Positions 26,228 through 40,428 are shown, counted from the first letter of the stretch. The stretch is DNA of 64,000 bases from Octopus sinensis (GCF_006345805.1 NC_042997.1:55118001-55182000); one strand, 5' to 3'. Translations and numbers: made by a program. The notes: a model not told the origin generated them from the letters alone.

Positions 26228-28124
26228 ACACACACAAATACACACACAGACATACACACACACGCTGCGCACGCGCGCTTATGTATGCACGTATGGGATT
26301 CTCTTTGTTTTCTCCTTTCCCTCTATTCTTCCCACTTCTTTTGACTAATTCTTTCATTTTCCCCAGCCTGTTTATTATATTTATTCTCTACTTCCTTCTG
26401 TCTTCCTTTCGTCTCTTTTCCTATGACTTTCTCTCTCTTTGCTTTTACATTTTCTAGTTTCGCCTCTCTCAACTTTCTCTTTCCCTCCTGTATATTTTCT
26501 CATTTATCTTTTAAATCTTTTCCCTTTTCTTTCTGTCTTTTCCTATCGCTTCTCCTTTGTTCTCGGCATTCCTTGTACACTCACAAATACCCTTTCCTTT
26601 TATCCATCTATCTTTCCCTCTTTCCTCTCTTTTATTCTTTTATGTTCTTTGTATCTATCGGGCACACGCAAATACACCTCTCTACGTAGATCTCACTCTC
26701 TCTCTCGCTCACTCTCTCTCTTTCTCTCTCTCACTCTCTCTCTTTCTCTCTCTCACTCTCTCTCTTTCTCTCTCTCACTCTCTCTTTCTTCTTTATACGT
26801 TTACTGTCTATCGCGCACACAAATACAGATACACAGTTTGATATCCCAGGGAGTTATTTTTTGTTATTTTTTTTACGTTTAGTTTTCTGTGATATTTGTT
26901 AAGCGATGCTCGGTCTAAACAGTTTAGAGAAGAGTAACGAGGTCGTTTTCCTGGGTGTTCTATCATTAGACGTTTCTAACGAAGGTATCTTGCAGAGTCA
27001 GATTCTAATACTATCTAATTGATTTGCTACCGCAGCTGCTTTGTCTATATTCGTGAGAAAGTTCCGAGAAATCAAAGCCATTCAGTCATCTTAATGCTTG
27101 AGAAAAAATAGTCCTTGACAAACATCACGCAATAACCTTGATTCAAAGCCACCTTGTATTCTGCTTCCTTATGAAAAGCACATTTTCCTCCTACTCTTAT
27201 TGAGTTATCGAATGATTTGAGCAATTCGACATGTGTAAAAAAAAAGTGGGTGGAGGAAGAAACTGATTTTCTGTAACGTGAGATACTTTAAATGAAAATA
27301 CACACGGATACACATACAACTATCACCATCGCCAACAACGATGCCACTAACACCGACATCATTACCATTGTTTTAATGATTCAAAAGCGGATGAGTATTA
27401 AGACATGTAGGGCTCAAAACTAAAGGATTTGTTTCCCAATGGTTCGTGTTCAAATCCTGTCGGAGACGACTTTAACCTTCCATTCCTTTCACGAAAAATA
27501 ATTTCCAGAGAAGTACTGCTGTTGATTTAATTGGTATAAATATGGGACGGTCCACCAGTGTAATAAATTTCTATCCATAATTACCACTTCTGTAAGCAGT
27601 CTAACTTGCTGTGTTTTGAGGTCTCTGGGTGTGACTTGGTACGGTTCGCATAAAATAAAGCAATATCAGAACATAATAACAATAATGACTCCAAATTTTG
27701 ACACAAAATCAGCAATTTCATGCTCGATTGGTACTTATTTTATCAACCCCGAAAGAATGAAAGGCAAAGTCGTGCGCGGAAAAATTTGAAAGCATAAAAA
27801 TAAAGCATTTTCGGATCAATTAAATTTTGAAAAATCGACATCCGCTATGTAATTGTTCTTTCATTGATTATATTTATCATTATTCTGCTCACAAGTGCTG
27901 TTGGTATTGCTTCTCCACGCCTCCATAAAACCAAAGCTTTATTAACATATTACCTACATTAGTGTCCGGAAGTTTGAACATCAAATTAAGCAGCCAATAG
28001 ATTTTCTCTTGGATCGCTGTGAAAGTTAATCAGTAAGTAAAAACAGGCCTCTCTTCCTGCATCCTCAGATCCCCGTCAACGCCTTCTAGTCGAGCTCATT
28101 GGTTTTGTTTTTTTTTCTCTGCAG

Positions 28125-28181
28125 AGGAATGGATTGTTACGATTGGGAAAAGGCTTCGGCTTCGTTAACTTCAGGGACTGA
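28125..28181 (+). pseudogene. RRM RNP1-like motif fragment (KGFGFVNF)
   Basis: Strong acceptor ttttgtttttttttctctgcag| then RNGLLRLGKGFGFVNFRD*; in-frame stop three codons after the motif. Confidence 0.25.
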
Positions 28182-28204
28182 GAACGAGCCGATCTCATCC
28201 CCTA

Positions 28205-28440
28205 TTTCCACTGGAATATGAAGATCGAAATGATACCAGAGATTATTGGGACATTAGGATTTCTGAAGAAGGGAATGGAAAAGTTCACAAACCGTATCTG
28301 GTCAACATCAACATTAGTGTAACCCAGAAGATCTTACTTCTTAGAACAGCTTACATGTTACGGGAATGCTGTCAATCATGTGACATCTCTGTAGTGCCTC
28401 AAGACTACAGTTTGACCCGGTCCTACGGGATATAAAGCAG
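28205..28440 (+). mobile_element. R4-like LINE extreme 3' fragment
   Basis: WNMKIEMIPEIIGTLGFLKKGMEK..INISVTQKILLLRTAYMLR parallels the C-terminus of the Dong-like ORF. Confidence 0.7.
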
Positions 28441-29779
28441 GACTCACAAAAAGAACAATAATAACGGCTTCTGATTGAGGAACAAAGAGGGGACGAGATT
28501 AGTCGATACCATCGACGTTAGTGCTTGACTGGTACTATATACATTATCGAATCCGGAGGGGAAAAAAGAAAGTCAATCCCGACAGGATCTGTACTAAGAA
28601 TGTAAAGAGTCTAAGCAAATATTGCAAGGGTCTTTTTTTTCTGACGCTTTTCCCAGTCTACCAGCTTGCCAACTTAAATCGTAGTTTCTGATTTAGTCAT
28701 GACCAACAATTTTAAGGTGAGGCAGCTAGTCAATAACATTGATCCAAGTATTTAACTAAAGGCGTATCTGACCTCATTGAGGCATAAAACCATTCGTTTT
28801 GGGGGCTGGAACAGTCGATTAGATCGACTGGGTTTTATTTTATCTCCCTTGGAGTGACGAAAGGCATACTGACTCTGGCGGGACAACTTGATAATGTACA
28901 AAGTTATAATACTGTCGTGAAAAGTAAGACAATATGAAGAACTCCAACAGTTTTACGAATCGTTTCTCGTTAGATTTCAATTCGTAAATTTTATTCATTG
29001 CTTTATACGTATTAAATTATTTCTAGTTGCTCTTTCTCAGGTAGCCCTGAAACCTAAGTCTTTATTTGTTTTTGTAGGAATGGAAGAGAAATGTGAATGA
29101 CTTAAAATACCTACACCAGTAATTAAATTCTTTCGCAGACTTGACTTATTTTCTATTTAAATGATTTTCTTAAGCTTTTCATTGAAGAGAGTATAGTCCC
29201 TTATTATTTATTGACAATTTGAGGGTGATGGTTTAGTAGAAGCGGTAAACTATTGGACAATCTGATTTTCGATATTTAGTTAGATCCTTTTACTTTATGA
29301 CTTTATATTCCACCAAAGTCAACTTTTCCTTTTAACTATCGGGGGTAATTCAATCGACGATACTTCTCTTATCGCTAATGTTCAAAGCTGATATCAATGG
29401 TTATTTATGACTCTTCCTTAGACTTGATAAATATGTACGAACCGTACTAAGGACATGACCTCGTTATGATGCTAGAAATCAATATTATTGATAGTTTATC
29501 CGTAGAAGAAATGTAAGTTACATTGCTGATATTTGATAATAATATATAGAGCCATGTTTTGACTTCAAATACTCTTGACCCGAAATACTTTCGTCCTTTA
29601 AAGTACGAACGGTCAAATACTGGTGTTGATTTAATCGACTTTACTCTCCTCCAAATGTGTAACCCTGTACCAGTGCTAGAGATTATTATTTTATAGCGCG
29701 GTCTCTGCTCTTCAGACTGTATTACATATTCTAAATGTTGCTGAAAGGAGATGAAAGTACATATTTAGAATCCACTTTG

Positions 29780-30900
29780 CCTACCACTCACTTCTATCGC
29801 TGGATTTCAGCAACAATGACTTCCAATTACTGTGACTAAAAGTAATGCTACTCTTAGTCCACCAAGGACTTCAACCCATCCCTAAACTTACAAACTCTGC
29901 TTCTACTCATCATCTACTAGACTATGTAACTTACTATAGTGAAGAAATTCACCTCGCATCACGTTTTCTTTGATATTACCACACTCATTGACTTTCATGT
30001 ACGAAACTCTTCTCAACTCACACACATCTTCATCACTGTTGCTGATGACATAGACAACAAATGTTTTTATTGAACTGTATGCCCCAACTAGTATTCTCGC
30101 TTATCTGCTCTCTTATATACAGGATTTTCTCATTTCTAAATACATTTATTACCAAGGTGTTACTGTCTCCGCGCCCCATTAAATGGCCCGATCACCTAAG
30201 CAAAGTAGCACACCATCGGAAAATGGTATTTCAGGTATGTTTTCTTCTAGCCTAGTTTTATGTCGACTAGCCCTCGCAGTACAAGTGTCACTCCAACTCA
30301 ACTGAGTCAATTAAACGGATGACCAATGCAATGCTTCTAGTTTATCCTTTCATATCCCTCACACAACAAAAGTCCATAATCTAAAACGTCCTAGAGTGTT
30401 GTACGTAGTATTGCTACAACAGTATGAACGAAAACTGAAATTTCCAGAGGAAATCACCTACGATTGTCACCAACAGGAATCATTTACCCAGAACTACAGC
30501 ATTGCAAAACTATCATCAGTAAGGCAAAACATGTTTTGTGCATCACACACCCTACAGTTTTTGTTGCCTTCTAAATTGATCCTTTGATCGGTCGATCTCA
30601 ACTAAGTTTGCGGAATCTTTCTATCTTCACCTTCTTAGGCAAGATGTGTATGTTATCAGCATTCCCACCGAAAAAGTTTCCATCTTTTATGCCCACATCA
30701 CTTCTCCTGAAATGTCCATCTCCACTCCTGCAGAACATGTATAACCTTATCTAGTTAGGTCCCTTTGCATTTTCAGTTCAAACTCCATTAAAGTAACTTT
30801 ATCTTTCATTACGCCAAATCGCTAAAACAATCGCCTGTAATATACCGGGGTCAATTAAATCAACTCCACATCTAGCCAATATCTTGTTTTTTGTTCTCCT
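29780..30900 (-). mobile_element. Heavily decayed RTE-like LINE, APE region
   Basis: KTFVVYV..SDEDVCE..VMRGEF resembles IIQVYAPT..SDEE..FY..IMGDFN; boundaries approximate. Confidence 0.4.
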
Positions 30901-31689
30901 GTGAGAAACCATTACTGTATTATGTAGCAGAATGTTGGCAATTCAGATTCGGTTAAGTATTACAAATCGGTTTTCCTCGAAAACGTTATACACGTGAGCG
31001 TCACCAGTTACTGTATACAAAACTTATTTTTTAAAAATGAATTTTTATTAATATATCCCATATGGCAAGGAAAATAATTTAGTTGAAACTTGGAATACAC
31101 TCGCAGGGATAATCTCCTACTAATGGATACCTCAAATATTAAATAGTCACGTGTCTAAAATTTATTAATTTAATTAAAAATTCAGATGTATTAACTGCGA
31201 AGTTGGTAACGGATGGAATTAAAAATAATGTTTTAACTAATCGATTTATTATATTTTCACGACAGACGTTTCCTGGTGAAGTTTGTAATCAATGGAATTG
31301 ACTGTAGGATATGTCTGGCTATTGTTTCACCGACTATCGTTAGATAAATTCTCAACAAACAGAGACTAGAGCGCGGTTTTCCTTCTTGTGTAAAGCTACT
31401 TAAGTTCCAAAGCCCCTTGGGAAATTCATAGCCATTGGATTTTCCTCGATTTCTAAAATATGAGGTATTTGTGAGAAGAATTCAGTTTTCATCTTTAGTA
31501 TCTTTATACAGTTTGAATATTCGTTATTATTGAGTCATGCGTTTTTGATAGATGCTTGATACGTCTAAATACAACAGAACGTTCTCAGTCAACCTTGGCT
31601 ACTACTTAGATAAAGAAAAAGGAAAAACAAAAGCAAAAAGAAACCCAACAAAAAACAAAAGACCCGACAGGAAATATGTCATGTATATA

Positions 31690-32485
31690 AGAGGCGTGTT
31701 CAAAACGTATCTGACTTTATTTTTCTCCGCCAAAGCAAATGTTTTGCGTGGGTGGTGATGCCACCCTTCCTGCACATGCGTGAAAGTTTTCGTGTTGGTA
31801 GGCTGCGGCGGTTCCCGGCTGTTATGCTTAGTGTACAGACGTGTAGCATGCGCTCGTCGGTTTTTCGTTTTCACCAAATGAATAGAGCAGAGATATTGCA
31901 TCAAGTTTTGCCAGAAACTTGATGAAACTCAAGCACCAGAAGATTCAGCTGACCCTTGGCGATGGTGTGATATGCAAAACTCAGATCAAGGAGCGGTACA
32001 ATCGCTTCAAATATGGCCGCACCTCAGTGGTCAGCGAGGAGCCGAGATGAAAAGCCAATTGAGAAGTTTCGGCGAATAGTCACGGAAGACCGTCGTGTAA
32101 CAATCCAAGAAAATGCTCACGAAGTGAAATAAACACAGGGTCAGAGCATTGCATTTTAACAGAGGATTTGTGCATGCGGATATGTTCGGTGAAATTCGTC
32201 CCCAAGGTGCTGGCGGAGCATCATAAGCAACTCTGCATGGAAATCCGTCAGGACATGCTGAAGACCATCACCACAGGTGACGAGTCGTCTTGCATGGAAA
32301 CGAGAATCCGATGTGCGCACACAACACGATTGCACACTAGAGAAGAAGTGAAGTGGCCTGCCGGCGCGAAAATTTTTGTGTATGCGCAAGAAGGTAGGCG
32401 TCACCTCCCCCATCGAAAGATTTTATCCATGCAGCATCAGTTTTGACGAGAAAAAATAAAGTTGGATACTTTTTAATGCACCTCC
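31690..32485 (+). mobile_element. Internally deleted mariner DNA transposon
   Basis: ~35-bp imperfect TIRs flanked by TA; N-terminal HTH QRYCIKFCQKL, EDRRVTIQE, SVKFVPKVL, ITTGDES; catalytic D,D34D region missing. Confidence 0.85.
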
Positions 32486-33317
32486 TATATTTGTTGTTCT
32501 TTGGTATTATTGATGACTTAATACCAAATACTATATACTAAATAAATGTATACTTAATTCTTGGGCAAAATCAATATTGACACACTTTTCAATTACAGGT
32601 ACAATCCACCTGGATTGTATACAGTTTCGTAAACCCCAAGACTATAATAATTGGTAATTTCTCAAGATGCTCCGTAGTTGGATTGAACCTCATATTTGCG
32701 AAGCAAACTTCATAACAATTTGACCGTAACAAGTTGACCAGGTAGCACTAGGCAGTGGTGAGAAATAAACTTCAAGTTATTTCAAATATGTTTGTGGCAT
32801 ATTTTAACTTCCAGAAGGCAATTTTACTGTAGCTTACTGCGGAAAAAAATTTCTCGCTTACGGTAAAAGGGTGTAAAAGCACCGTATCTGCTCACTATCG
32901 TCCGCTATCGGACACCTGGTAAAATCGGTGCATCCGACGAACTGTGAGATTTGAGTTGCATGCTGATAGGTCAAAACCGTATTCGAAAAATTCAGCTTGT
33001 CGGAGCCTTCTGAAAGGTATAAAAAGCAAGAAGTCAGTAATTTTACTACAATTGTAAAGCACTCACCTCAACCGTCAGTCAATACATTTTGAAATCTGGT
33101 GATTTCTACGAACTTATGAAAGCACTAATTGAACTTTATGAACACTACTAAATATTTTTTAATGTTTAACACACTTCAATATTGTAAAAAAAAATTTTTT
33201 AATACAATAATAAAAAACATGAAAGCTAGACCATGTTGTAACTTTATTCAACTGATACATTATTCTATACAGATTTCCACAAATTCGGAAATTTATATAT
33301 GTATATATATATATATA

Positions 33318-34920
33318 TAACGGGAAGCTTTATGAAAATAAACAAAAGACGAAGGCAGGTGGAAAACAAACGAACAATTGTATTAGTATGGCGCTCAGGA
33401 AATATAAATAAAACAAGTCTTTAACGTTTCGAGCCTACGCTCTTCAACAGAAAGATACACAGAGAGAGAAAACACAGAAAGAAGGAGAGAAAAAAAATGC
33501 GTGCTGTAGCTAACGAATCAACATGGCGATCTGATTTCGGCCAGAGGTCAAAGATCAAACATGAGACGCGAGAGCGAAATAAGGGGAGATAATAGGGTTG
33601 ATAATGGGTTGAGGGACCAGCTAAAAGTGCGTGGGAGGGGTCTGGATGTGTGTATGTATAGGGTTGGTGTATGTATTAGTATGTATAAGGGTGTGTGTGT
33701 GTGGTGTGTGTGTGAGAGAGTATTAGTGCGTAAGATTGGTCTGGACGTGCATATGTATGGGGTTGGTGTATGTATTAGTATGTATTAGTACGTATTGGTA
33801 TGTATAGGTGTGTGTGTGTGTGTGTGAGAGAGTATAAGTGCGTATGCGGGGTCTGGTCGTGTGTATGTATAGGGTTGGTGTAAGTATTAGTATGTACTGG
33901 TATGTATTAGTACGTATTAGTATGTATTAGTTGGTGTGTGTATTAGTATGGCACATCATATGTGATGTGATGTGTAAAGTCATGTGGTGTAGTGAGGAGA
34001 AGAGGGGGAGGGGGAGAAGAGGGGGAGAGAAGGCGAGGGGAAGAAGAGGAGGAGGAAGGGGGAAGAGGAGAGGATGGGGAGAAGGAAGAGGAGGAGGGGG
34101 TGAAGGAGGAAAGAGGGAGAGGGGGAGGAGAGGGAGTGAGGGAGCAGAGGGAAGGGGAAGAGGGAGGGAGAAAGAGGGAAGAAGGGAAGGGGAGTAGGGG
34201 TGAAAGGATGAAGGACTGAAGAAGTAGGGGTCGGGGGGAGAAGGATAGGTGAGGAGGGGGGAGAGGGGGGTTTAGATAGGAGGGGGGAGAGTTGAGGACC
34301 AAATGGCGTATAAGAGCGAAGAGAGAAGATTAATTCCTGTTCACGGCGCAAACGGGAATCCGGATGGCCTCTGTGTAAGGACAAACCGAACACAGATAGG
34401 TGTTGCAAGGAGTGACCGGTGGAGCGGAAATGGCGTGAGACCGGTGTGTCGTTCGCAAGGTGGATGTCACGAAGGTGTTCCGCGAACCGGTCAGCCAGCG
34501 GCGTCCCGTTTGTCCGATGTACAAGAATTGCAGAGAGAGCAAGAGATGCAATAGATAATATTGCTGGAGGTGCAGGTGAAGGAGTGGATGATGGGATAGG
34601 GTCGATGGTGGGTGCTAGTGAGGCGGTGGTGTTGGAGAGGTAAGGGCAAGTGCGGCAACGTGGGCGGGAGCAGGGGAACGAGCCGGGTTGGGAGGTAGGG
34701 TCAGGGAAGGAGCTATGGACCAAAGGTCTCGAAGGTTGTGGGCTCGTTTGAAAGAGGGGAGGGGTCGGTTAGGGAAGAGGTGTGAAGTGGACGGGTCGGA
34801 CTGGAGATGACGGAAAGCTCGAAGAATGGTGCGTTGGAGACGTAGGGTCGTGGGGTGGTAAGTGAGGGGAAAAGGAGGCGGGAGACTACAGGGCGGGTTC
34901 GGGAGAGAGAGCAGATACAC
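33318..34920 (-). mobile_element. Penelope-like element (Neptune-type) 3' part: GIY-YIG endonuclease, low-complexity UTR, hammerhead-bearing terminus
   Basis: LTYHPTT, PSFKRAHNLRDL, CSRPRCRTCP Cys linker, LYIGQTGR, DRFAEH, HFRSTGHSL, REQELIFSL; frameshifted; ends in (TA)n. Confidence 0.9.
33418..33455 (-). ncRNA. Minimal type I hammerhead motif, CUGUUGA core variant
   Basis: UCUUU-CUGUUGA-A-GAGC(GUAG)GCUC-GAA-AC/GU-U-AAAGA; stem I 5 bp, palindromic ACGU stem III. Confidence 0.6.
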
Positions 34921-34928
34921 GGTCCACG

Positions 34929-34995
34929 TAGAAGAAATGAGGTAATCAGAATTGGATGGTTTATATTTACAGATATTTATTTATATATTACATTT

Positions 34996-35056
<61 letters not shown>

Positions 35057-37719
35057 ATATCATATCACTTAGATCATTAGCGCTTTCTCCTATTCTAGTA
35101 GGGTTTTCAAATCAAAATAAGTTCCTTTGTGGGGAATTTTAATCATTTTATAGAGTTTCGTAGTGGTGGGGAGGAATATAAGACAGTACAAGAGGGTGAG
35201 GTGGATGAGGAGAAAGTGAGAGAGAGAACATGTGTGTATGTGTATGTATGTGTATGTGTGTGTGTGTGTGTGTGTGTGTTTGTATCTGAGGTGAGTGCTA
35301 AAGAGAAAGAGGGGAAGGGAGAGTGAAGAAGAAGGAAAGAATTTTTTTGGTCTGCTGGACAGAATATTGACTCCAAGGGGGTTCTAAGAATTTCAGCTTT
35401 GACCACTTCACAGTGTCACTGAGTGTGTGGTGGCGGGGAGGTAGGCCATAAATTATATTTCCTTTTATCATTGTGAGAATGGTCAAATGCTTTTTTGGGT
35501 TTCAGAATTCTTTCCATTTTTTATGATCGTTTTGGAGGTGTGTGTGTGTGTCTGTGTGTGTGTCTTATATTCCTCCCCACCACTACGAAACTCTATAAAA
35601 TGATTAAAATTCCCCACAAAGGAACTTATTTTGATTTGAAAACCCCACTAGTATGGGAGAAAGCGCTAATGATCTAAGTGATATGATACATATATAAAAA
35701 ATGGGTTAATATAGGGCGTAACAAATATCAGAAAATCAAAAAAAAAATGTGTGTAATAGGTGTAAAACAACTTCCTATGAACGAATATGAAAAAAAAAAA
35801 TTCGCGCACGCGAAAGGGGGGTGGGGGAGAGGCCTCGGAAAATTCACATCGGGAAGTTCCGAAAGCGTCTGAGGAGCTGACCCAGGCACCAAAACAAAAA
35901 AAAATAGTGTAATATGTGTAAAACAACTTGCTCTAAACGAATATGACAAAAAAAAATGCGCTCTCGCGAAAGAGGGGTGGGGGAGAGGCCTCGGAATATT
36001 TATATCGGGAATTTCCGAAAGCGTCTGAACCGGGCACAAAAACAAAAACAAAAACAGCGTAATAGGTGTAAAACAACTTGCTCTAAACGACTATCATGAA
36101 AAAAATGCGCGCTCGCGAAAGGGGGGTGGGGGAGAGGCTTCGGAAATTTCACATCTTCAGTCCACGGCCTTTAAACTAAGAAAAAATAGTGTAATTGGTG
36201 TAAAACTACTTGTTCTAAACGAGTATCAAGAACACACACTCACACATGAATCATAACTCCGTATTTTTGTACATATTTCGCAAAAAAAAAAAATAAAGAG
36301 AAGAAATTCTGGAAAAAGTGAAGAAATGTTGGATCTCCGCCATGTGAATCAAATACGTGTCAGAAACATCTTGAAATACTACAGAAATTATGTTACGAAA
36401 ATGATAATGTATACATACCTCTTTGAGTGGTCCATCGATAATGATGATAAGAAATGAGTTGGATTTGAACTCAGAATATTGACTAACACAACTACATACT
36501 ACAAGACTCAAAATATTCAGCCAAGTCACCACCCTTTAACTAGCAATAATAATAACATCAATAACATAACAGCCAAAAGATTTATTTGTTCTGAAAATAA
36601 CAATCATAGTAAATAAATATGTTCTTTAATATTCACATTCATGTGCACAGTTAAACACACTTACATACAAACAGTCACGCATGCATAATACAGAACGGAA
36701 CACATAAATGAAGGATGCATTACTTAGTATATATTACATCTAGAGAATTTTGATTAATAAGTCAAATATGCAAATTATAAAGATAATTAATTGCTTTACT
36801 AAACAGTGTTGTAAAGGTGAAAAAATAAATTTGGGAAAAAAATACACGCCAAAACTAATTAATAAAGGATAATTAGGGAAGGATTGACACAAAATAATAA
36901 TTTTTTCTGTCTCTTTTTTTCTGATAAATGCATCTTAATAAGTGAGAAGAATTGCATATATCTGAACTATTTCAAAGAAAAGCATAAATTTAATGTTTAA
37001 AATAGCTTTAACCAAGGAATGAGATCCAACATTTCTTCACTTTTTCCAGAATTTCTTCTCTTTATTTTTTTTTTTTTGCGAAATACGGAGTTTATGATTC
37101 ATGTGTGAGTGTGTGTTCTTGATACTCGTTTAGAACAAGTAGTTTTACACCAATTACACTATTTTTTCTTAGTTTAAAGGCCGTGGACTGAAGATGTGAA
37201 ATTTCCGAAGCCTCTCCCCCACCCCCCTTTCGCAAGCGCACATTTTTTTTCATGATAGTCGTTTAGAGCAAGTTGTTTTACACCTATTACGCTGTTTTTG
37301 TTTTTGTTTTTGTGCCCGGTTCAGACGCTTTCGGAAATTCCCGATATAAATATTCCGAGGCCTCTCCCCCACCCCCCTTTCGCGAGAGCGCATTTTTTTT
37401 TTGTCATATTCGTTTAGAGCAAGTTGTTTTACACATATTACACTATTTTTTTTTTGTTTTGGTGCCCGGGTCAGCTCCTCAGACGCTTTCGGAACTTCCC
37501 GATGTGAATTTTCCGAGGCCTCTCCCCCACCCCCCTTTCGCGTGCGCGAATTTTTTTTTTTCATATTCGTTCATAGGAAGTTGTTTTACACCTATTACAC
37601 ACATTTTTTTTTTGATTTTCTGATATTTGTTACGCCCTATATTAACCAAAAAATGTAATATATAAATAAATATCTGTAAATATAAACCATCTGATCTTCT
37701 GATTACCTCATTTCTTCTA
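34929..37719. mobile_element. Foldback-like element with ~700-bp inverted arms built from ~150-bp subrepeats
   Basis: 35696-36337 is the reverse complement of 37021-37655, and 34929-34996 of 37652-37719; AT-rich non-coding spacer; true termini and TSD not resolved. Confidence 0.8.
35058..35688. mobile_element. MITE-like element with 128-bp TIRs nested in the left foldback arm
   Basis: 35058-35185 is the near-perfect reverse complement of 35561-35688; TA-rich flanks. Confidence 0.8.
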
Positions 37720-37750
37720 ATATATAATACCTGTACATCATCTTCAAACT

Positions 37751-37793
<43 letters not shown>

Positions 37794-37914
37794 ATTATAT
37801 ATATATATATAAATAAATAAATAAAACATATGCATATATATATACATATATGTATGTACCTACCTCTACATGTATATATACACGCATATATATATATTGA
37901 TAAAAAATATATAT

Positions 37915-38105
37915 ATATTGATAAAAATGGTAAGACAACAAAAGAATGAAAGAGACCTCGATATTATGTAACTAGAGGAATTTATCTGTAAATGTAATAT
38001 GTGACAATTATTCGGTAGACATGATAAAACTGCCAGTTTCGGATGCCGAGGTGGAAATCCACGCCGCCATCTCTTCAGTTATCCGGCCATCGGAAAAATA
38101 CTACG
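37915..38105 (-). mobile_element. Short PLE-type terminus in (TA)n
   Basis: Hammerhead followed by a ~110-nt T-rich tail running into a TA tract, the same layout as the other termini. Confidence 0.6.
38023..38083 (-). ncRNA. Type I hammerhead with extended stem II
   Basis: GAUAA-CUGAAGA-GAUG..GUGG(AUUU)CCAC..CAUCC-GAA-ACU(GGC)AGU-U-UUAUC; canonical core, 5-bp stem I. Confidence 0.7.
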
Positions 38106-38187
38106 AAAAATGACATTTACAGATATACATATACACATACACACATACATACATACATACGTACATGCATGCACACACACGCGCGCG

Positions 38188-38243
<56 letters not shown>

Positions 38244-38369
38244 TAATTGTTTGAAGTAACTGTGTTTTCAAATTGTTAAACCTAGAGTAAATGTAGATAT
38301 AAGAATAAGTGGAATAATCCAAAGCGATACGAGCCCCACTGAAATAAGCTTAATATATATTTTCCCTAG

Positions 38370-38810
38370 CACCACCGCCACGGTCGCCGCTGCCACCACC
38401 ACCATCACCACCACCACCACCACCACCACCACCACCACCACCACCACCACCACCCACCACACCACAACCACAACCACCACCACCACCACCACCACCACCA
38501 CCACAACCACCACCACCACCACCACCACCACCACCACCACAACCACCACCACCACCACCACAACCACCACCACCAACACAACCACAACCACCACCACCAC
38601 CACCACAACCACAACCACCACCACCACCACCACCACCACCACAACCACCACCACACCACCACCACCACAACCACCACCACCACCACAACACAACCACCAC
38701 CACCACCACCACCACCACCACCACCACCACCACCACCAACCACCACCACCACCACCACCACCACAACCACCACCACCACCACCACAACCACCACCACCAC
38801 CACCACTCCT
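38370..38810. repeat. (CCA)n/(ACA) microsatellite
   Basis: Direct reading; source of the poly-W/V/G ORFs. Confidence 0.95.
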
Positions 38811-39425
38811 GTCGACATCATGCGCGACTGAAACCATCATCATTAGTACCATAGTTAATATTTCCATCATTACCATCCTCACCACAAACTTCACCTCCAC
38901 CACCTGCACCAGCTCAGACACCTTACTGTCATGTAAAAATGTCCTTTGATTTTAGGGCTTTTTGATGAGTGATGTCCTGAGCTAAAACTATAAACAACAA
39001 AAACAGCAGTCGCAGAACCAGCAGCAACAACAACCTCAATAACAAATCAACAGTAACAACAACTGAAGCCGCAGCTGCCCTGGAAATAACATACGATATT
39101 ATATTATCTAACTTTTAATATATGAAATTCCATTATTTTAGAATGCAACAGTTAGAAACTTAGAAATACGAATACTTTTGTTTTACTTAATAAGGAAGTT
39201 GTTTCTCAGTAAATGAATGCAACTTGTCTGTGGTTATCAGTGAAAATTGCAAACGAATACTGATAATATCAGATGGTTTCAACGACTCCTCACTTGTGCG
39301 ATGCCCAATGTACTCCAACTAAGCACGCTGCCCCAAACCATTTGGAATAAATAGATGAAACATAGTAATTAATGAAAGAAGATAAGCAACAAAAGACGAT
39401 AAAGAAAAGAGCAAAGGTTAGTAAA

Positions 39426-39512
<87 letters not shown>

Positions 39513-39916
39513 GGATATATCGGTTTGAGGGTGGAATATGATTCCGCTAGGGTAGAACAGAATACAAAATATACAATATATTAGTAATGAAAATGACTGC
39601 AGTAGCAACAACAACATCAGCAACAACAACAATTATAGCAATGAGATGAGAAGAAGGGAAGCAACAACAATAGTAACAAGCCAAGCAGAAGAATAACAAC
39701 AACGGCAGAGATAGCAGCGTAAGTGTACCTGAAAGAAATTTGACAGACATGAGCTGGCAGTGGTAGTCGGGTCAGTGTCTGTCATGCGGTCAGAGCTCTA
39801 GACAATTATTCGTTGAAAGATGCATAATTAAGTTAGAATTCAATTATAGATACACTAAGATATAAGTTACAAACCAGAAGATAAAACGGATTGGCTTAGA
39901 GATGTTGGGGATTTCA

Positions 39917-39996
<80 letters not shown>

Positions 39997-40335
39997 ATAT
40001 ACACGCATATGTATATACATACACATATACACATATTTATATATATATATATATATCCACATATTTATATATATATATACACAAACACACACATATTTAT
40101 ATATATATATATAAATGTGTGTGTGTGTTTATCTATATGGTATGTGTGTATATACGCATGTATTAGTCAGGTGAGGAAAACAGTAAATAAAACGAACGTC
40201 CGGTTCGTTTGACATGGTTTGTTCTGGAATTATAAAATGCGTCCTTTACTACGACTGTCGTCTGCACGTTATCAACCGACGGTGTAACGAGTGTCTTATC
40301 TAATTAGGACTGACTACCTCAGGTGGAAGTATCCA

Positions 40336-40428
<93 letters not shown>

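Noticed and set aside
38268-38921. Long poly-V/W/G ORFs, and likewise the [12 protein letters not shown], poly-N/I/L and poly-D/R/P ORFs throughout
   Set aside because: Translations of microsatellites that lack stop codons; no coding signal
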